Shown piece by piece: positions 9,140-18,085 of a DNA stretch of 64,000 nt. Numbering within the stretch: position 1 is the first letter of the stretch; each line of letters opens with the position of its first letter. Source of the stretch: Desulfobacterales bacterium (GTDB taxonomy: Bacteria > Desulfobacterota > Desulfobacteria > Desulfobacterales > UBA2174); the NCBI GenBank assembly GCA_963668645.2, contig CAXXWC010000019.1, forward strand, positions 544,001-608,000, given 5' to 3'. The translations under genes and the position numbers were made by a program. The notes beneath the pieces were generated by a model. That model saw only the letters and a program-made list of their open reading frames with translations, ran no database searches and was not told the origin of the DNA.

Positions 9140-9344
9140 TTTTTTTTGCCGCATCGACGCGAGCGCAGTAGTGGAGTAGTTTTCCCCGGGAGCGCTCGCA
9201 CAAGCGCAAGTTCTTTGAAAATCGGTAGTTTTTATTCCAGAAGACTCTTTGAGCCCATGGAGAAATCCGAAAAATGCCCAAAAGCAAGCACCTCTCGCAA
9301 ACAGCCCGCTTGACCCTTGTCCCTGGCCGATTTATGAAGGGGCT
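9140..9344 (+). promoter_or_regulatory. CRISPR leader
   Basis: Non-coding and more AT-rich stretch between cas2 and the first repeat, at the opposite end from the degenerate terminal repeat; contains an inverted GCGAGCGC/GCGCTCGC pair. Confidence 0.75.
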
Positions 9345-11005
9345 GATTTCCGAGGCCCAAGTGCCTCGGCCTCATTGAAGCAAATGTCTTCGCCCAGGGT
9401 CTTGATCAGCAGGCCAAGATTTCCGAGGCCCAAGTGCCTCGGCCTCATTGAAGCATCAGGTCTTCGCTCATAGGTTGCTCATCGTCGTTAGATTTCCGAG
9501 GCCCAAGTGCCTCGGCCTCATTGAAGCCAGGTGTGCACCCGGTGATCGGATTCCATGTCGCGATTTCCGAGGCCCAAGTGCCTCGGCCTCATTGAAGCTT
9601 TGTGAGTTTTTGCTTGACAGACTCATGATTCATGGATTTCCGAGGCCCAAGTGCCTCGGCCTCATTGAAGCATGATGGCGACTACATTACCTATTGGCTT
9701 GGCCGCGTTAGCGCGATAACGGGATTTCCGAGGCCCAAGTGCCTCGGCCTCATTGAAGCTCGCTTCGCAGTATGTCCAATCCGAGTTGGCCAAGGATTTC
9801 CGAGGCCCAAGTGCCTCGGCCTCATTGAAGCTCTGTCCGCCGGCTGGCTGGAACGTTCAAAGCCGGATTTCCGAGGCCCAAGTGCCTCGGCCTCATTGAA
9901 GCTTCTCGGGCCGCCGCCCGGTCACCTTCGCGCGCAGCGATTTCCGAGGCCCAAGTGCCTCGGCCTCATTGAAGCGGACTTCGCCACCCAGAACAACCGT
10001 TGCCGGATGTGGATTTCCGAGGCCCAAGTGCCTCGGCCTCATTGAAGCCGGGTAGCCATCGTCATCGTACATTTCTTTTTTAGCGATTTCCGAGGCCCAA
10101 GTGCCTCGGCCTCATTGAAGCAAGATTCATTTTTCGATCTCCAAAATGGTGATGGTGATTTCCGAGGCCCAAGTGCCTCGGCCTCATTGAAGCATCGATG
10201 TCTTCGGCGGGTTTCCCCCCCTTCGAGAGATTTCCGAGGCCCAAGTGCCTCGGCCTCATTGAAGCTGTTCGGCACCGCCACTGCACCGAGCTCATGCGCC
10301 GATTTCCGAGGCCCAAGTGCCTCGGCCTCATTGAAGCACTTTGGCCCGCATGGGTGACTTGGGGTCGTCGCGCGATTTCCGAGGCCCAAGTGCCTCGGCC
10401 TCATTGAAGCGTTTCGATATTGAGGCATTTTTCCCCCTTTCAGATGGATTTCCGAGGCCCAAGTGCCTCGGCCTCATTGAAGCGGCCACGGTCAGCTTGC
10501 TTTTCGCGCGCCGGCCGCCGATTTCCGAGGTTCAAGTGCCTCGGCCTCATTGAAGCGTCAAGGCGGAGATTTCAAAGCATCGGCGCCACCGGGATTTCCG
10601 AGGCCCAAGTGCCTCGGCCTCATTGAAGCTGCCGGTCAATGCCAGTTCGACGCGGATACGGAGTGGATTTCCGAGGCCCAAGTGCCTCGGCCTCATTGAA
10701 GCAAAAACTGCTTGTTGTCCGCCTGGTTGAGGGTAGGGGATTTCCGAGGCCCAAGTGCCTCGGCCTCATTGAAGCAGCGTGTGGCCGTCGGCAACGAGGA
10801 TGTCTCCGACGGATTTCCGAGGCCCAAGTGCCTCGGCCTCATTGAAGCAAAAACTGCTTGTTGTCCGCCTGGTTGAGGGTAGGGGATTTCCGAGGCCCAA
10901 GTGCCTCGGCCTCATTGAAGCGGTTGTTTGAAGTGATCCCGAGCTGGAGCTTGGCGCTCCATGGGTCGCATTTCCAAGGCCCGAACGCCTGGCGCTCATT
11001 GAAGC
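9345..11005 (+). CRISPR. CRISPR array: 23 repeats of 37 bp (GATTTCCGAGGCCCAAGTGCCTCGGCCTCATTGAAGC) and 22 spacers
   Basis: Parsed by hand. Most spacers are 34-36 nt, two are 51 and 47 nt. Repeat 17 has CC>TT and the last repeat (10969-11005) is degenerate. The repeat has a 7-bp stem CCGAGGC/GCCTCGG and an ATTGAAGC end, as in I-G repeats. Confidence 0.98.
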
Positions 11006-11116
11006 GTTCCTGCCGGTCCCTTCTGCTTTTTCAAGATGAGTGAAGTGTATGGGTGAAGTTGCACAAGCGTTGATCTATGGGCGCCGGTGTAAGAGCGTCA
11101 AGGGAAGGGCGTCAGT

Positions 11117-11144
11117 GTAAGGGCGAAAAATCTTTCGCCCTTAC
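11117..11144. repeat. REP-like palindrome
   Basis: GTAAGGGCGAAA-AATC-TTTCGCCCTTAC, a perfect 12-bp stem followed by a partial tandem copy TCGCCCTTAC. Confidence 0.6.
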
Positions 11145-11192
11145 TCGCCCTTACTCGCGCCCTGACTGTCCCTTGGTCCCTTCCGACTGCGA

Positions 11193-11621
11193 CTACGGCC
11201 GCTCGGCCCCGGCCACCGAGGCGGTGAGCACCACTTCGTGCAACCGCTTGGCTACCAGGCGCTTGAGCGATTCATAGTCGCTGCGGGGCATCGCGACCTT
11301 GCCCACATCCACCATCTCTTCGTGAGCTGCCAGCGTGGGCCCGGCAGGCGCAACGTAGCTGCCCGCCACCATGGCCTGGAGCCTGTTCAGTTCCCGGCGG
11401 GGCATTTCCACGACCCCCAGGTCAGCCGCCGGCTCGGATATAGCGGCCACGGCCGCCGGCGCCCGGTAGGTACCGGCCACCATGGATTTGAGCTGTGCCA
11501 GATCGGAGCGGCCGATCTGGACCGTGCCCAGGTTGACGACATCGTTGGGGCCGGCGGCGGCCGGGCCGGCCAGGATCAGGGCCAGTAACATGCTCAGGGT
11601 GACAGCAGCGATTCGTTTCAT
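11193..11621 (-). CDS. Secreted hypothetical protein with three internal repeats
   Basis: Signal peptide MKRIAAV...PAAA; three copies of (V/A)(D/N)(L/V)G.V.(M/I).R.(D/E)...L...VA; AGAGGAG RBS. Confidence 0.8.
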   Translation of the reverse strand: MKRIAAVTLSMLLALILAGPAAAGPNDVVNLGTVQIGRSDLAQLKSMVAGTYRAPAAVAAISEPAADLGVVEMPRRELNRLQAMVAGSYVAPAGPTLAAHEEMVDVGKVAMPRSDYESLKRLVAKRLHEVVLTASVAGAERP

Positions 11622-11665
11622 GGGAAGATCTCCTCTGGGTTCCTTGGATGTTTTGTTTCAATATG

Positions 11666-11781
11666 AACACGAACAATCGTTCATGTTTGATCCAAAAATA
11701 CGAACCCCGGTTCGGTTTGTCAAGAAAAAATCGAACCATAGTTCAAATTTTTCTTGACACCCAATCGATCTCGGATAAACT
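11666..11781. promoter_or_regulatory. Divergent sigma70-type promoters with three phased GAAC-N4-GTTC operators
   Basis: Boxes start at 11671, 11702 and 11733. TTGACA-N17-TATTTT on the minus strand (11723 to 11695) and TTGACA-N16-TAAACT on the plus strand (11754-11781). Confidence 0.65.
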
Positions 11782-11843
11782 CCAAGTAAAAAAGAGAGTT
11801 AAGGCCTGTTCAGAATTACTGAAAATCACACGGAGAAAGGTAA

Positions 11844-12476
11844 ATGGCAGACAGCGTCCGCGTTCCCCAGCAGCAGCGCAGCATCGAAACCCGCAACAGC
11901 ATCCTGGATGCGGCCCGGGCCCTGTTTAGCGAAAAGGGCTTTCACGGCACCAATTCCAAGGAGATCGCCACCCGGGCCGGAGTGTCCATCGGCAGCTTCT
12001 ATTCCTATTTCAAAGACAAAAAGGTCCTCTTCATGGAGGTCCTCAAAGCTTACGAGCACGAGCGGATCATGAAAATCCTCAAGGACCAGAACCGCCAGCG
12101 TCTCGAAGCAACCGGAAGCCGGGCCATCGTGCGGGGGATCATCGAGTCGGTTCTGGAGGCTCACGAACTTTCACCCGCCTTTGACCGTGAAGCCATGGCC
12201 ATGTGCTACGCCGATCCGGAGGTGGAGAAATTTCACGCGGAGATCGAGCACCAGATACACGTCCAACTGACAGAAACGCTAGGCCAGATCGAGGACCGGC
12301 TGCGCTTTGCCGATCTGGAGGCGGCGGCGGTGGTCATCAGCAACGCGGTGGAGCTGACCGTACACCATATCAAGCTCTTCAACACCCCGGTTCCAGGCCC
12401 CCGGCTCATCGAAGCGCTGAGCGACATGATTCACCGCTTCCTGTTCCGCGATTCAGGCCCGGAACCGACCCCCTGA
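11844..12476 (+). CDS. TetR/AcrR family transcriptional regulator
   Basis: ILDAARALFSEKGFHGT...IATRAGVSIGSFYSYFKDK HTH. Confidence 0.93.
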   Translation: MADSVRVPQQQRSIETRNSILDAARALFSEKGFHGTNSKEIATRAGVSIGSFYSYFKDKKVLFMEVLKAYEHERIMKILKDQNRQRLEATGSRAIVRGIIESVLEAHELSPAFDREAMAMCYADPEVEKFHAEIEHQIHVQLTETLGQIEDRLRFADLEAAAVVISNAVELTVHHIKLFNTPVPGPRLIEALSDMIHRFLFRDSGPEPTP

Positions 12477-12650
12477 ATAAAGCGCTCTCGCGCCCGAAAT
12501 AGCGTCCGTCCGCAAATGGCAGATTTTGGCTCCGGGCAAGACCCGAGCGTGTTTTCACCCGCAGACATGGTCCGCTGTCTCGAGGATTGAAAACGCGCCA
12601 GAACGCTGCCGGGGGCCGAAAGATGCCGCTTCCGGACGGACACGAAATAA

Positions 12651-12693
12651 TAAAACGGCATTCCCGGGCCGTCTGCCCGGGAATGCCGTTTTA
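12651..12693. terminator. Bidirectional intrinsic terminator
   Basis: Perfect 19-bp inverted repeat TAAAACGGCATTCCCGGGC/GCCCGGGAATGCCGTTTTA between convergent genes. Confidence 0.75.
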
Positions 12694-12767
12694 AATGGCC
12701 GGTTGCCGGAAGGCGCCAACCGGCCACCCTTGCAGGGTTGCAGCGGGTATCGCCGGATCCGGCGTTC

Positions 12768-13214
12768 TTAAAGGTAGTGGATCTTGTCTGCGCCCAAAAG
12801 TGCACCGGCAGCCTGGGGCAACTTCACCGGCACGATAAAATCTTCAATCCCCGAAGTATCCTCGATGCTCTTGCCGGCGCCGTCGATCACGTGAAAGGTG
12901 CCGCAGGAAACGATATTGACGCCGAGCTGGTCTTTCTCAAAGCGGGCCAGCTGTTCCAGGTTTTCCGGCAGGGCTGAGGCCGAAAGCCCCTCGACCTGTC
13001 CGGCGATAAGCTCCTTGACCTCATCTTGAATCGGCAGTTTGGCCAGTTCCCCTTTCCTGGTCATCGCCACCCCGTAAGGACCGTAATAGATGGTCACAGT
13101 GGGCACCTTGGCAACGAATTTGGCCAGGAAAGCGACCACGTAGGCGGCATAATGATTGTAGGGTTTGTCCGTTCCGCTGTTGACCACGATCAAAAAATTT
13201 TCAGTGTTGGCCAT
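12768..13214 (-). CDS. DsrE/DsrF-like protein
   Basis: FLIVVNSG.D, VTIYY...GV, VNIVSCGT and terminal ADKIHYL pattern; GGAGG upstream. Confidence 0.55.
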   Translation of the reverse strand: MANTENFLIVVNSGTDKPYNHYAAYVVAFLAKFVAKVPTVTIYYGPYGVAMTRKGELAKLPIQDEVKELIAGQVEGLSASALPENLEQLARFEKDQLGVNIVSCGTFHVIDGAGKSIEDTSGIEDFIVPVKLPQAAGALLGADKIHYL

Positions 13215-13611
13215 TTTCCTTTCCTCCATTTTGAGCTTCTCTAAAATCCAGCGATACCCGATTGCATCCTGCGTAAAGAAATGAACCGCGCCGGGCCGGG
13301 GCCAGAGGCCCGGCCGGCAGCCGCGGCGCCGGTGGCAAGTTCGTGTCCAGCCCGAAGCGGCGCGTTCAGGCCCCTAGCGGCGTTCTCACCGGCTTCCGAT
13401 CCCCGGGGACATGGCAAGGCCTCCGGCTGGAAACTCGCCCAGGCCTTGACAGAAGCCCCAATTCACCATTTCCGGCCGGCCGCAAGTGATGTTTGAAAAA
13501 CCCGGGTTCAGCGGCCGATTTTGAAAAGCGCCGCTTATTCAAAACAGGTAAGCAGTTTCGAAGAGACTGCAACGCCGCGGGCGCCCCGCGACGCGCCTTA
13601 TCCACGCACCG

Positions 13612-14511
13612 TTAAACCGGCGGGGCGGAGAGGGCATCCAGGATCCGCTGCATGCCGGTATGCAGCGGCGCAAAACACGGCCCGAGCCGGGCATAAAGGG
13701 CCGCCTGGGCCCGGAAACCGGTACAGTGACCCGCCAGGACCCAGGCAGGGTTCAATTGCGAAAGGCTTTTTGCGGTCTTGTCGATGCACGCCTCGCCGGC
13801 GCTTAAAAGATGAAGACCGCCGATGATCCCGTGAATGCCGGAGGCACCGGTCAAGGCCATGGTGTGGCGGCAGATATTGACGATGCCGGCGTGGCTGCAA
13901 CCGGTGACGATCACCGGATCGTACCCGGCCACCCGGGCGACCACCGAAATGTCGTCGTTCATGGGATCGGCTTTCAGCCGGCCGTCCACGATGGTCTTGA
14001 GATCCATGCCGAGGGTTTCGAAGTCGGTTTGCCGGGGCACCTCTCCGGTGGTGGCCAGCCCGGGGGCCAGTACCAGCGGATCACGGGTCAGCAGCAGGCG
14101 CCCCCCGGCGGCCTGGATGCATTCGGCCGCGTCCTGCGGGGCCATGCCGATGTTTCTCAGCGCCCCTTCGGTAATGAAGTGGGGACGGAACAGCCCCGGG
14201 TGGGCGACCACCGGAAAGTCTTTTTTCCCCACGGCCGCCACGATGCGGGCCGTGCCGCGGGTGTGATCGTAGTGGCAATGGGTCAGCACCAGGGCGTCGA
14301 TAAGGTGCGGGTCGATCCCCATGAGGCGCATATTTTCCAAAAGCGCTTCCGGATTCTGGGCCACATCCACCAGAACCCGGCAGACCCCGGCCTCGCTTTC
14401 AGCCGTAAGCAGGATCGATATCCCGTGCTGGCCGAGATAAGGGGTGTCGTAGCCCGCCGAATCTTCGGCCACCACTTGAATGCAAAGCCGCCGCAGCGTT
14501 CCGCCGGTCAT
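13612..14511 (-). CDS. MBL-fold metallo-hydrolase
   Basis: QHGISILL, LTHCHYDHT.G, TGCSHAGI.N, GGLHL, GHCTG motifs; overlaps the livF stop. Confidence 0.88.
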   Translation of the reverse strand: MTGGTLRRLCIQVVAEDSAGYDTPYLGQHGISILLTAESEAGVCRVLVDVAQNPEALLENMRLMGIDPHLIDALVLTHCHYDHTRGTARIVAAVGKKDFPVVAHPGLFRPHFITEGALRNIGMAPQDAAECIQAAGGRLLLTRDPLVLAPGLATTGEVPRQTDFETLGMDLKTIVDGRLKADPMNDDISVVARVAGYDPVIVTGCSHAGIVNICRHTMALTGASGIHGIIGGLHLLSAGEACIDKTAKSLSQLNPAWVLAGHCTGFRAQAALYARLGPCFAPLHTGMQRILDALSAPPV

Positions 14512-15251
14512 GCCCTTCGTCCTTTTTTAAGCGCCGCGCCGCCCAGATAGGCCTCCTGGACGCGGGCGTCGTTTTTCAGTTGAGCCGCCGGCCCGCTGGC
14601 GGAGATTTCGCCGGTTTCCAGCACGTATCCCCTTTTGGCGATGGACAGCGCCTTGCGCGCGTTTTGCTCCACCAGCAGGATCGAAACCCCCTGGGCGTTG
14701 ATTTCACGGATGATCTTGAAGATCTGCCGCACCAGCAGGGGCGCCAGCCCCAAAGACGGTTCATCCAGCAGCAGAATCTTCGGCCGGCTCATCAGGGCCC
14801 GGCCCATGGCCAGCATCTGCTGCTCGCCGCCGGACAAGGTACCGCTGAGCTGCCGCCGCCGCTGGCGCAGGATCGGAAACAGGTCGAAAACCCGCTCCTT
14901 TTCCTGCTTCAAGTCCGCCTTTTGCCGGCGCCGGGTATAGGCCCCCAGGTTCAGGTTTTCGTCCACTGTAAGGGTGGCAAAGACCTTGCGCCCCTCGGGG
15001 CAGTGGGAAATCCCCATGCGCACCACCTCGAAAGCCGCAAGGCGCCCGAAGGCGCGGCCGGCAAAACGCATCTGCCCCTTTTCGGGCGGGATCAGACGCG
15101 AAACGGCCTTCAAGAGCGTACTCTTGCCTGCGCCGTTGGCCCCCAACACCGTGACGATCTCTCCCTCGTTGAGTTCGAGGGTAACGCCTTTGAGGGCTTC
15201 AACGGTACCGTAGGATACGTGCAACCCTTCTATGGAGAGCAGGGCGGTCAT
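14508..15251 (-). CDS. livF: Branched-chain amino acid-type ABC ATPase
   Basis: GANGAGKST, PEGRKVF, LSGGEQQML, LDEPSLGLAP. Confidence 0.92.
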   Translation of the reverse strand: MTALLSIEGLHVSYGTVEALKGVTLELNEGEIVTVLGANGAGKSTLLKAVSRLIPPEKGQMRFAGRAFGRLAAFEVVRMGISHCPEGRKVFATLTVDENLNLGAYTRRRQKADLKQEKERVFDLFPILRQRRRQLSGTLSGGEQQMLAMGRALMSRPKILLLDEPSLGLAPLLVRQIFKIIREINAQGVSILLVEQNARKALSIAKRGYVLETGEISASGPAAQLKNDARVQEAYLGGAALKKGRRA

Positions 15252-16070
15252 TCAATCGTCACTTTCGTCCTCATCGTCGTCTTTGCCCAGGTACGCCTCG
15301 ATCACCAGCGGGTTGCTGTAAATCTCTTCCGGGGTTCCCTCGGCGATCTTACGGCCCTCATCCATCACGGTGATCCAGTCGGAAATGCCCATCACCACGT
15401 TCATGTCGTGTTCGATGATCAGCAGGGTGAGCCCTTCAGCGGCCAGGCCCCTGAGAAAATCGATCAGTTCCCGCGTTTCCCGGGGGTTGAGCCCGCTGCT
15501 CGGTTCGTCGAGCACCAGCAGCCGGGGGCGAGTCGCCAGGGCCCGGGCGATTTCCAGCATCCGCTGGCTGCCGTAGGCGATGTTCTTGGCCAGCTCGTGG
15601 GCAAAACGCGCCAGGCCCACGCGTTCGAGCAGGTCCTGGCAAAAGGCGCTGACCCCCTGCTCCTCTTTGCGTTGGGAGGGGCTGTGGACCAGGGCGCTCC
15701 AGAAACCGGCGCCGACACGGCAGTGCTGACCGGCCATCACGTTCTCCAGGCAGGTCATTTCCGGAAAAAGGCGGATATTCTGAAAGGTGCGCGCGATACC
15801 CCGGGCCACGATGTGGTGCGGTTTGCGGCCCCCGATGCTCTCGCCGGCAAGCTGCACCTGGCCCTCGTCGGGCCGGTAGATCCCGGTAACCACGTTGAAA
15901 AAGGTGGTTTTGCCCGCCCCGTTGGGACCGATCAGGCTGCTGATTTCCCCTTTGCGCACCACCAGATCGATGTCGCAAACCGCCGTCAGCCCGCCGAAGC
16001 GTTTGGTCAGGGCGCGCGTTTGCAGCAGGACTTCGTCCGGCCGGGCCGCTATGGTTGCCGATGACGCCAT
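15252..16070 (-). CDS. livG: Branched-chain amino acid-type ABC ATPase
   Basis: GPNGAGKTT, ARTFQNIRLF, IEHDM, EAYLG. Confidence 0.92.
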   Translation of the reverse strand: MASSATIAARPDEVLLQTRALTKRFGGLTAVCDIDLVVRKGEISSLIGPNGAGKTTFFNVVTGIYRPDEGQVQLAGESIGGRKPHHIVARGIARTFQNIRLFPEMTCLENVMAGQHCRVGAGFWSALVHSPSQRKEEQGVSAFCQDLLERVGLARFAHELAKNIAYGSQRMLEIARALATRPRLLVLDEPSSGLNPRETRELIDFLRGLAAEGLTLLIIEHDMNVVMGISDWITVMDEGRKIAEGTPEEIYSNPLVIEAYLGKDDDEDESDD

Positions 16071-16080
16071 GGATTGGACC

Positions 16081-17067
16081 TCAGGAGCCGCCCCCCTGGG
16101 GCAGCATGCCGCTGGCGGCCTTTGCTTTTTTGAGTGAACCGCGCTGGCGCGGCCAGATGCCGGCCGGGCGAAAGACCATCATAGCCACCATGATGGCTCC
16201 GAAAAAGAGCATCCGGTACTCGGCAAATCCTCGAAAAAATTCCGGGAAAAGGCTGATGGCAGCCGCGCCGACGATCACCCCCGGAATCGACCCCATCCCC
16301 CCGATGAGCACGATGCAGAAGAAAAGCGCCGATTCCATGAAGGTGAAGCTGTGGGGCGAAACCACCATCATCTTGCTGGCGTAAACGTTGCCTGCGATCC
16401 CGGCCAGCGCGGCCCCCAGCACGAAGGCGAGCAGCTTGTAGCCGCGCACGTTGATGCCGGTGGCCATGGCGGCGGTTTCATCCTCGCGGATGCAGTTCCA
16501 GGCCCTGCCGATGTGCGAGTGCTGCAGATTGGTCAGCCCGAGGATGGTCAACCCCACCAGGAACCAGATCAGGATGTAAAACCCCAGCGAGGTCTCGATG
16601 ACCAGACCGGGCGCCAAAACCGGGTTGTCGATGCCCACTACCCCGTTGGAACCGCCCGTCAGGCCCCAGGGATTGTTGATCAGGCCGATGCGCACGATCT
16701 CACCGAAGCCGATGGTCACGATCAACAGGTAGTCCCCGCGCAGATGGATCACCGGCGATACCACCAGATAGGCGAAGAGCCCGGCGGCCAGGGCGCTGAC
16801 CGGAATCAGCACCAGGATCGGAACCCCGTAAAAAGTGTTGAGGATCGCCGTCGTATAGGCCCCGATGGCATAAAAGCCGGCATGGCCGAAGTCGAAAAGG
16901 CCCACTTCCCCGAGCACCACGTTGAGACTCAGTCCGAGCAGGGTATAAATACCGAAGAAAAAGGCCACATCCAGCAGATAGTCGTTGGCGATGAAAGGGT
17001 AGAGCGCCGCGACGGCGATGGCCGGCAGCCACTTGTAGAAACCGGATATGGAGCGCAATTTTTTCAT
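16081..17067 (-). CDS. livM: Branched-chain amino acid-type ABC permease
   Basis: LRGDYL.IVTIGFGEIVR, IREDE.AA...GIN, RPAGI. Confidence 0.9.
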   Translation of the reverse strand: MKKLRSISGFYKWLPAIAVAALYPFIANDYLLDVAFFFGIYTLLGLSLNVVLGEVGLFDFGHAGFYAIGAYTTAILNTFYGVPILVLIPVSALAAGLFAYLVVSPVIHLRGDYLLIVTIGFGEIVRIGLINNPWGLTGGSNGVVGIDNPVLAPGLVIETSLGFYILIWFLVGLTILGLTNLQHSHIGRAWNCIREDETAAMATGINVRGYKLLAFVLGAALAGIAGNVYASKMMVVSPHSFTFMESALFFCIVLIGGMGSIPGVIVGAAAISLFPEFFRGFAEYRMLFFGAIMVAMMVFRPAGIWPRQRGSLKKAKAASGMLPQGGGS

Positions 17068-17098
17068 CAGCCGTCTCTTTGCATGGAAACCAGCAAAC

Positions 17099-18010
17099 TT
17101 ACACCTTTTCGGCCACTGCCTCACCGAGCAGGCCGGTGGGCCGGAAAATGAGCACCACGATGAGGATCAAAAAGACGAATACGTCCTTCCAGGCCGCGGA
17201 CAGATAGACCGCGCCGAGCATCTCCATCACCCCCAAGAGCAGCCCGCCGAGCATGGCGCCCGGGATGTTGCCGATCCCGCCCAGCACACTGGCGGTAAAG
17301 GCTTTGAGCCCGTAGCCCCAGCCCATGGTGAAACTGATCTGGCGATAGTACATGCCCACCATCACGCCGGTCATGCCGCCCAGGGCCGGTCCGAGAATGA
17401 AAACGAAAAGGATGATGACCTTGATGTTGATACCCATCAGGGCCGCGGTGTCCCGGTCCAGGGCCGCAGCCCGGATGGCGGCACCAAAGGTCGTCTTTTG
17501 CACGATGAGATACAAGATGCCCATCAACAGAAACGACAGCAGCAGAATCATGACCTGCAAAACGGTGATATTGAGGCCCCAGATATTGATCATGGCCGAA
17601 GGCACCACATCCGAGGTGTAGGCCAAATAGCGCGGCCCCCAGATGACCATCATGGCATTTTCCAGGAAAATGGAGGCGCCCAGGGCCGAAACCACCGCCG
17701 GCAGGCGGCCGGAGGCATAAATGGGCCGGTAGGCCACGCGCTCCAGCACCAGCCCGACGATGGCCAGGGTGATGGCAGCCAGGGCCATGGCCAGAATCAT
17801 GCCCCCCCAGATACCGAACCGGTGGCCGACGACCGAGGCCCCCACGACCAGCAGGGTATAGCCCGCATAAGCCCCCAGGGCGAACATGTCGCCGTGGGCG
17901 AAGTTGATGAGCTTCATCACCCCGTAGACCATGGTGTAGCCCAGAGCGATGAGGGCGTAAAAGGCCCCGATGGTCAGACCGTTGACGAGCTGTTCGAAAA
18001 AAAGATGCAT
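17099..18010 (-). CDS. livH: Branched-chain amino acid-type ABC permease
   Basis: NGLTIGAFYALIALGYTMVYG...INFAHG, LKAF.ASVLGGIG, RPTGLLGE. Confidence 0.92.
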   Translation of the reverse strand: MHLFFEQLVNGLTIGAFYALIALGYTMVYGVMKLINFAHGDMFALGAYAGYTLLVVGASVVGHRFGIWGGMILAMALAAITLAIVGLVLERVAYRPIYASGRLPAVVSALGASIFLENAMMVIWGPRYLAYTSDVVPSAMINIWGLNITVLQVMILLLSFLLMGILYLIVQKTTFGAAIRAAALDRDTAALMGINIKVIILFVFILGPALGGMTGVMVGMYYRQISFTMGWGYGLKAFTASVLGGIGNIPGAMLGGLLLGVMEMLGAVYLSAAWKDVFVFLILIVVLIFRPTGLLGEAVAEKV

Positions 18011-18085
18011 ATGCGCCTGTCGGTTTCTGCGCTTTGGCAAAAGGGGCCGAGCGGATCGACCCCGTGGCCCGCGGAAAACGAAAAC

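Noticed and set aside
10484..10519. Self-targeting of window genes by spacers (for example a 12-nt GGCCACGGTCAG match in the Lrp gene)
   Set aside because: Only short matches were seen by eye, as expected by chance in GC-rich DNA. A real genome-wide search is still needed.
9249..11043. ORFs called across the CRISPR array
   Set aside because: They are translations of repeats and spacers (recurring DFRGPSASASLK and FPRPKCLGLIEA).
11666..11745. SOS/LexA regulation of the divergon
   Set aside because: The motif resembles a Gram-positive LexA box, but the flanking genes are not repair genes and the adjacent TetR is the simpler explanation. It is kept only as an alternative.
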